DNA of 44,857 nucleotides from UHGV virus genome UHGV-0186980; one strand, given 5' to 3'. How positions within the stretch are numbered: the first letter of the stretch is position 1; the number at the start of each line of letters is the position of its first letter. Shown here piece by piece: positions 44,825 through 44,857 of the stretch. The notes beneath the pieces are model-generated. The model made no database searches, was not told the DNA's origin, and saw only the letters and a list, made by a program, of their open reading frames with translations. A program made the translations under genes and the position numbers. Source of the DNA: a virus.

Positions 44825-44857
44825 AATAATCCCAGTAAAACCAGCCTTTTAAGGCTG

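Noticed and set aside
1-44857. CRISPR array, transposase or IS element
   Set aside because: No regularly spaced short repeats, no transposase-like ORF and no terminal inverted repeats bounding an ORF were seen.

Overview
The window is almost entirely one lambdoid prophage (HK97-like head and packaging genes, lambda-like tail genes G/T-H-M-L-K-I-J) from an enterobacterial host, read here with late genes on the minus strand and the early-left operon plus int on the plus strand. Order from right to left: a 46-nt tRNA-Pro 3' fragment (att core, 44779-44824), a two-gene cargo operon, int, xis, a DEDDh exonuclease, a YfdP/YfdQ/YfdR-like cluster, an ORF-poor structured segment, OL/PL, cI, OR, cro, a CII-like gene, Rha antirepressor, a replication gene, a nin-like region with a Dam-like and a C5 DNA methyltransferase, a Q-like antiterminator, a third methyltransferase, hicAB, the lysis cassette, an AT-rich accessory region, HNH, terminase, portal, protease, capsid, head-tail and tail genes, ending in a J-like gene that runs off the left edge. 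All calls come from reading the sequence and translated ORFs against remembered families; no searches were run and coordinates of refined starts may be off by a few nt. The most interesting candidates are the unclassifiable two-gene operon between int and the att core, the ~0.9 kb ORF-poor structured segment downstream of PL, a multi-repeat C5 methyltransferase among three methyltransferases, and several morons inside the late operon.
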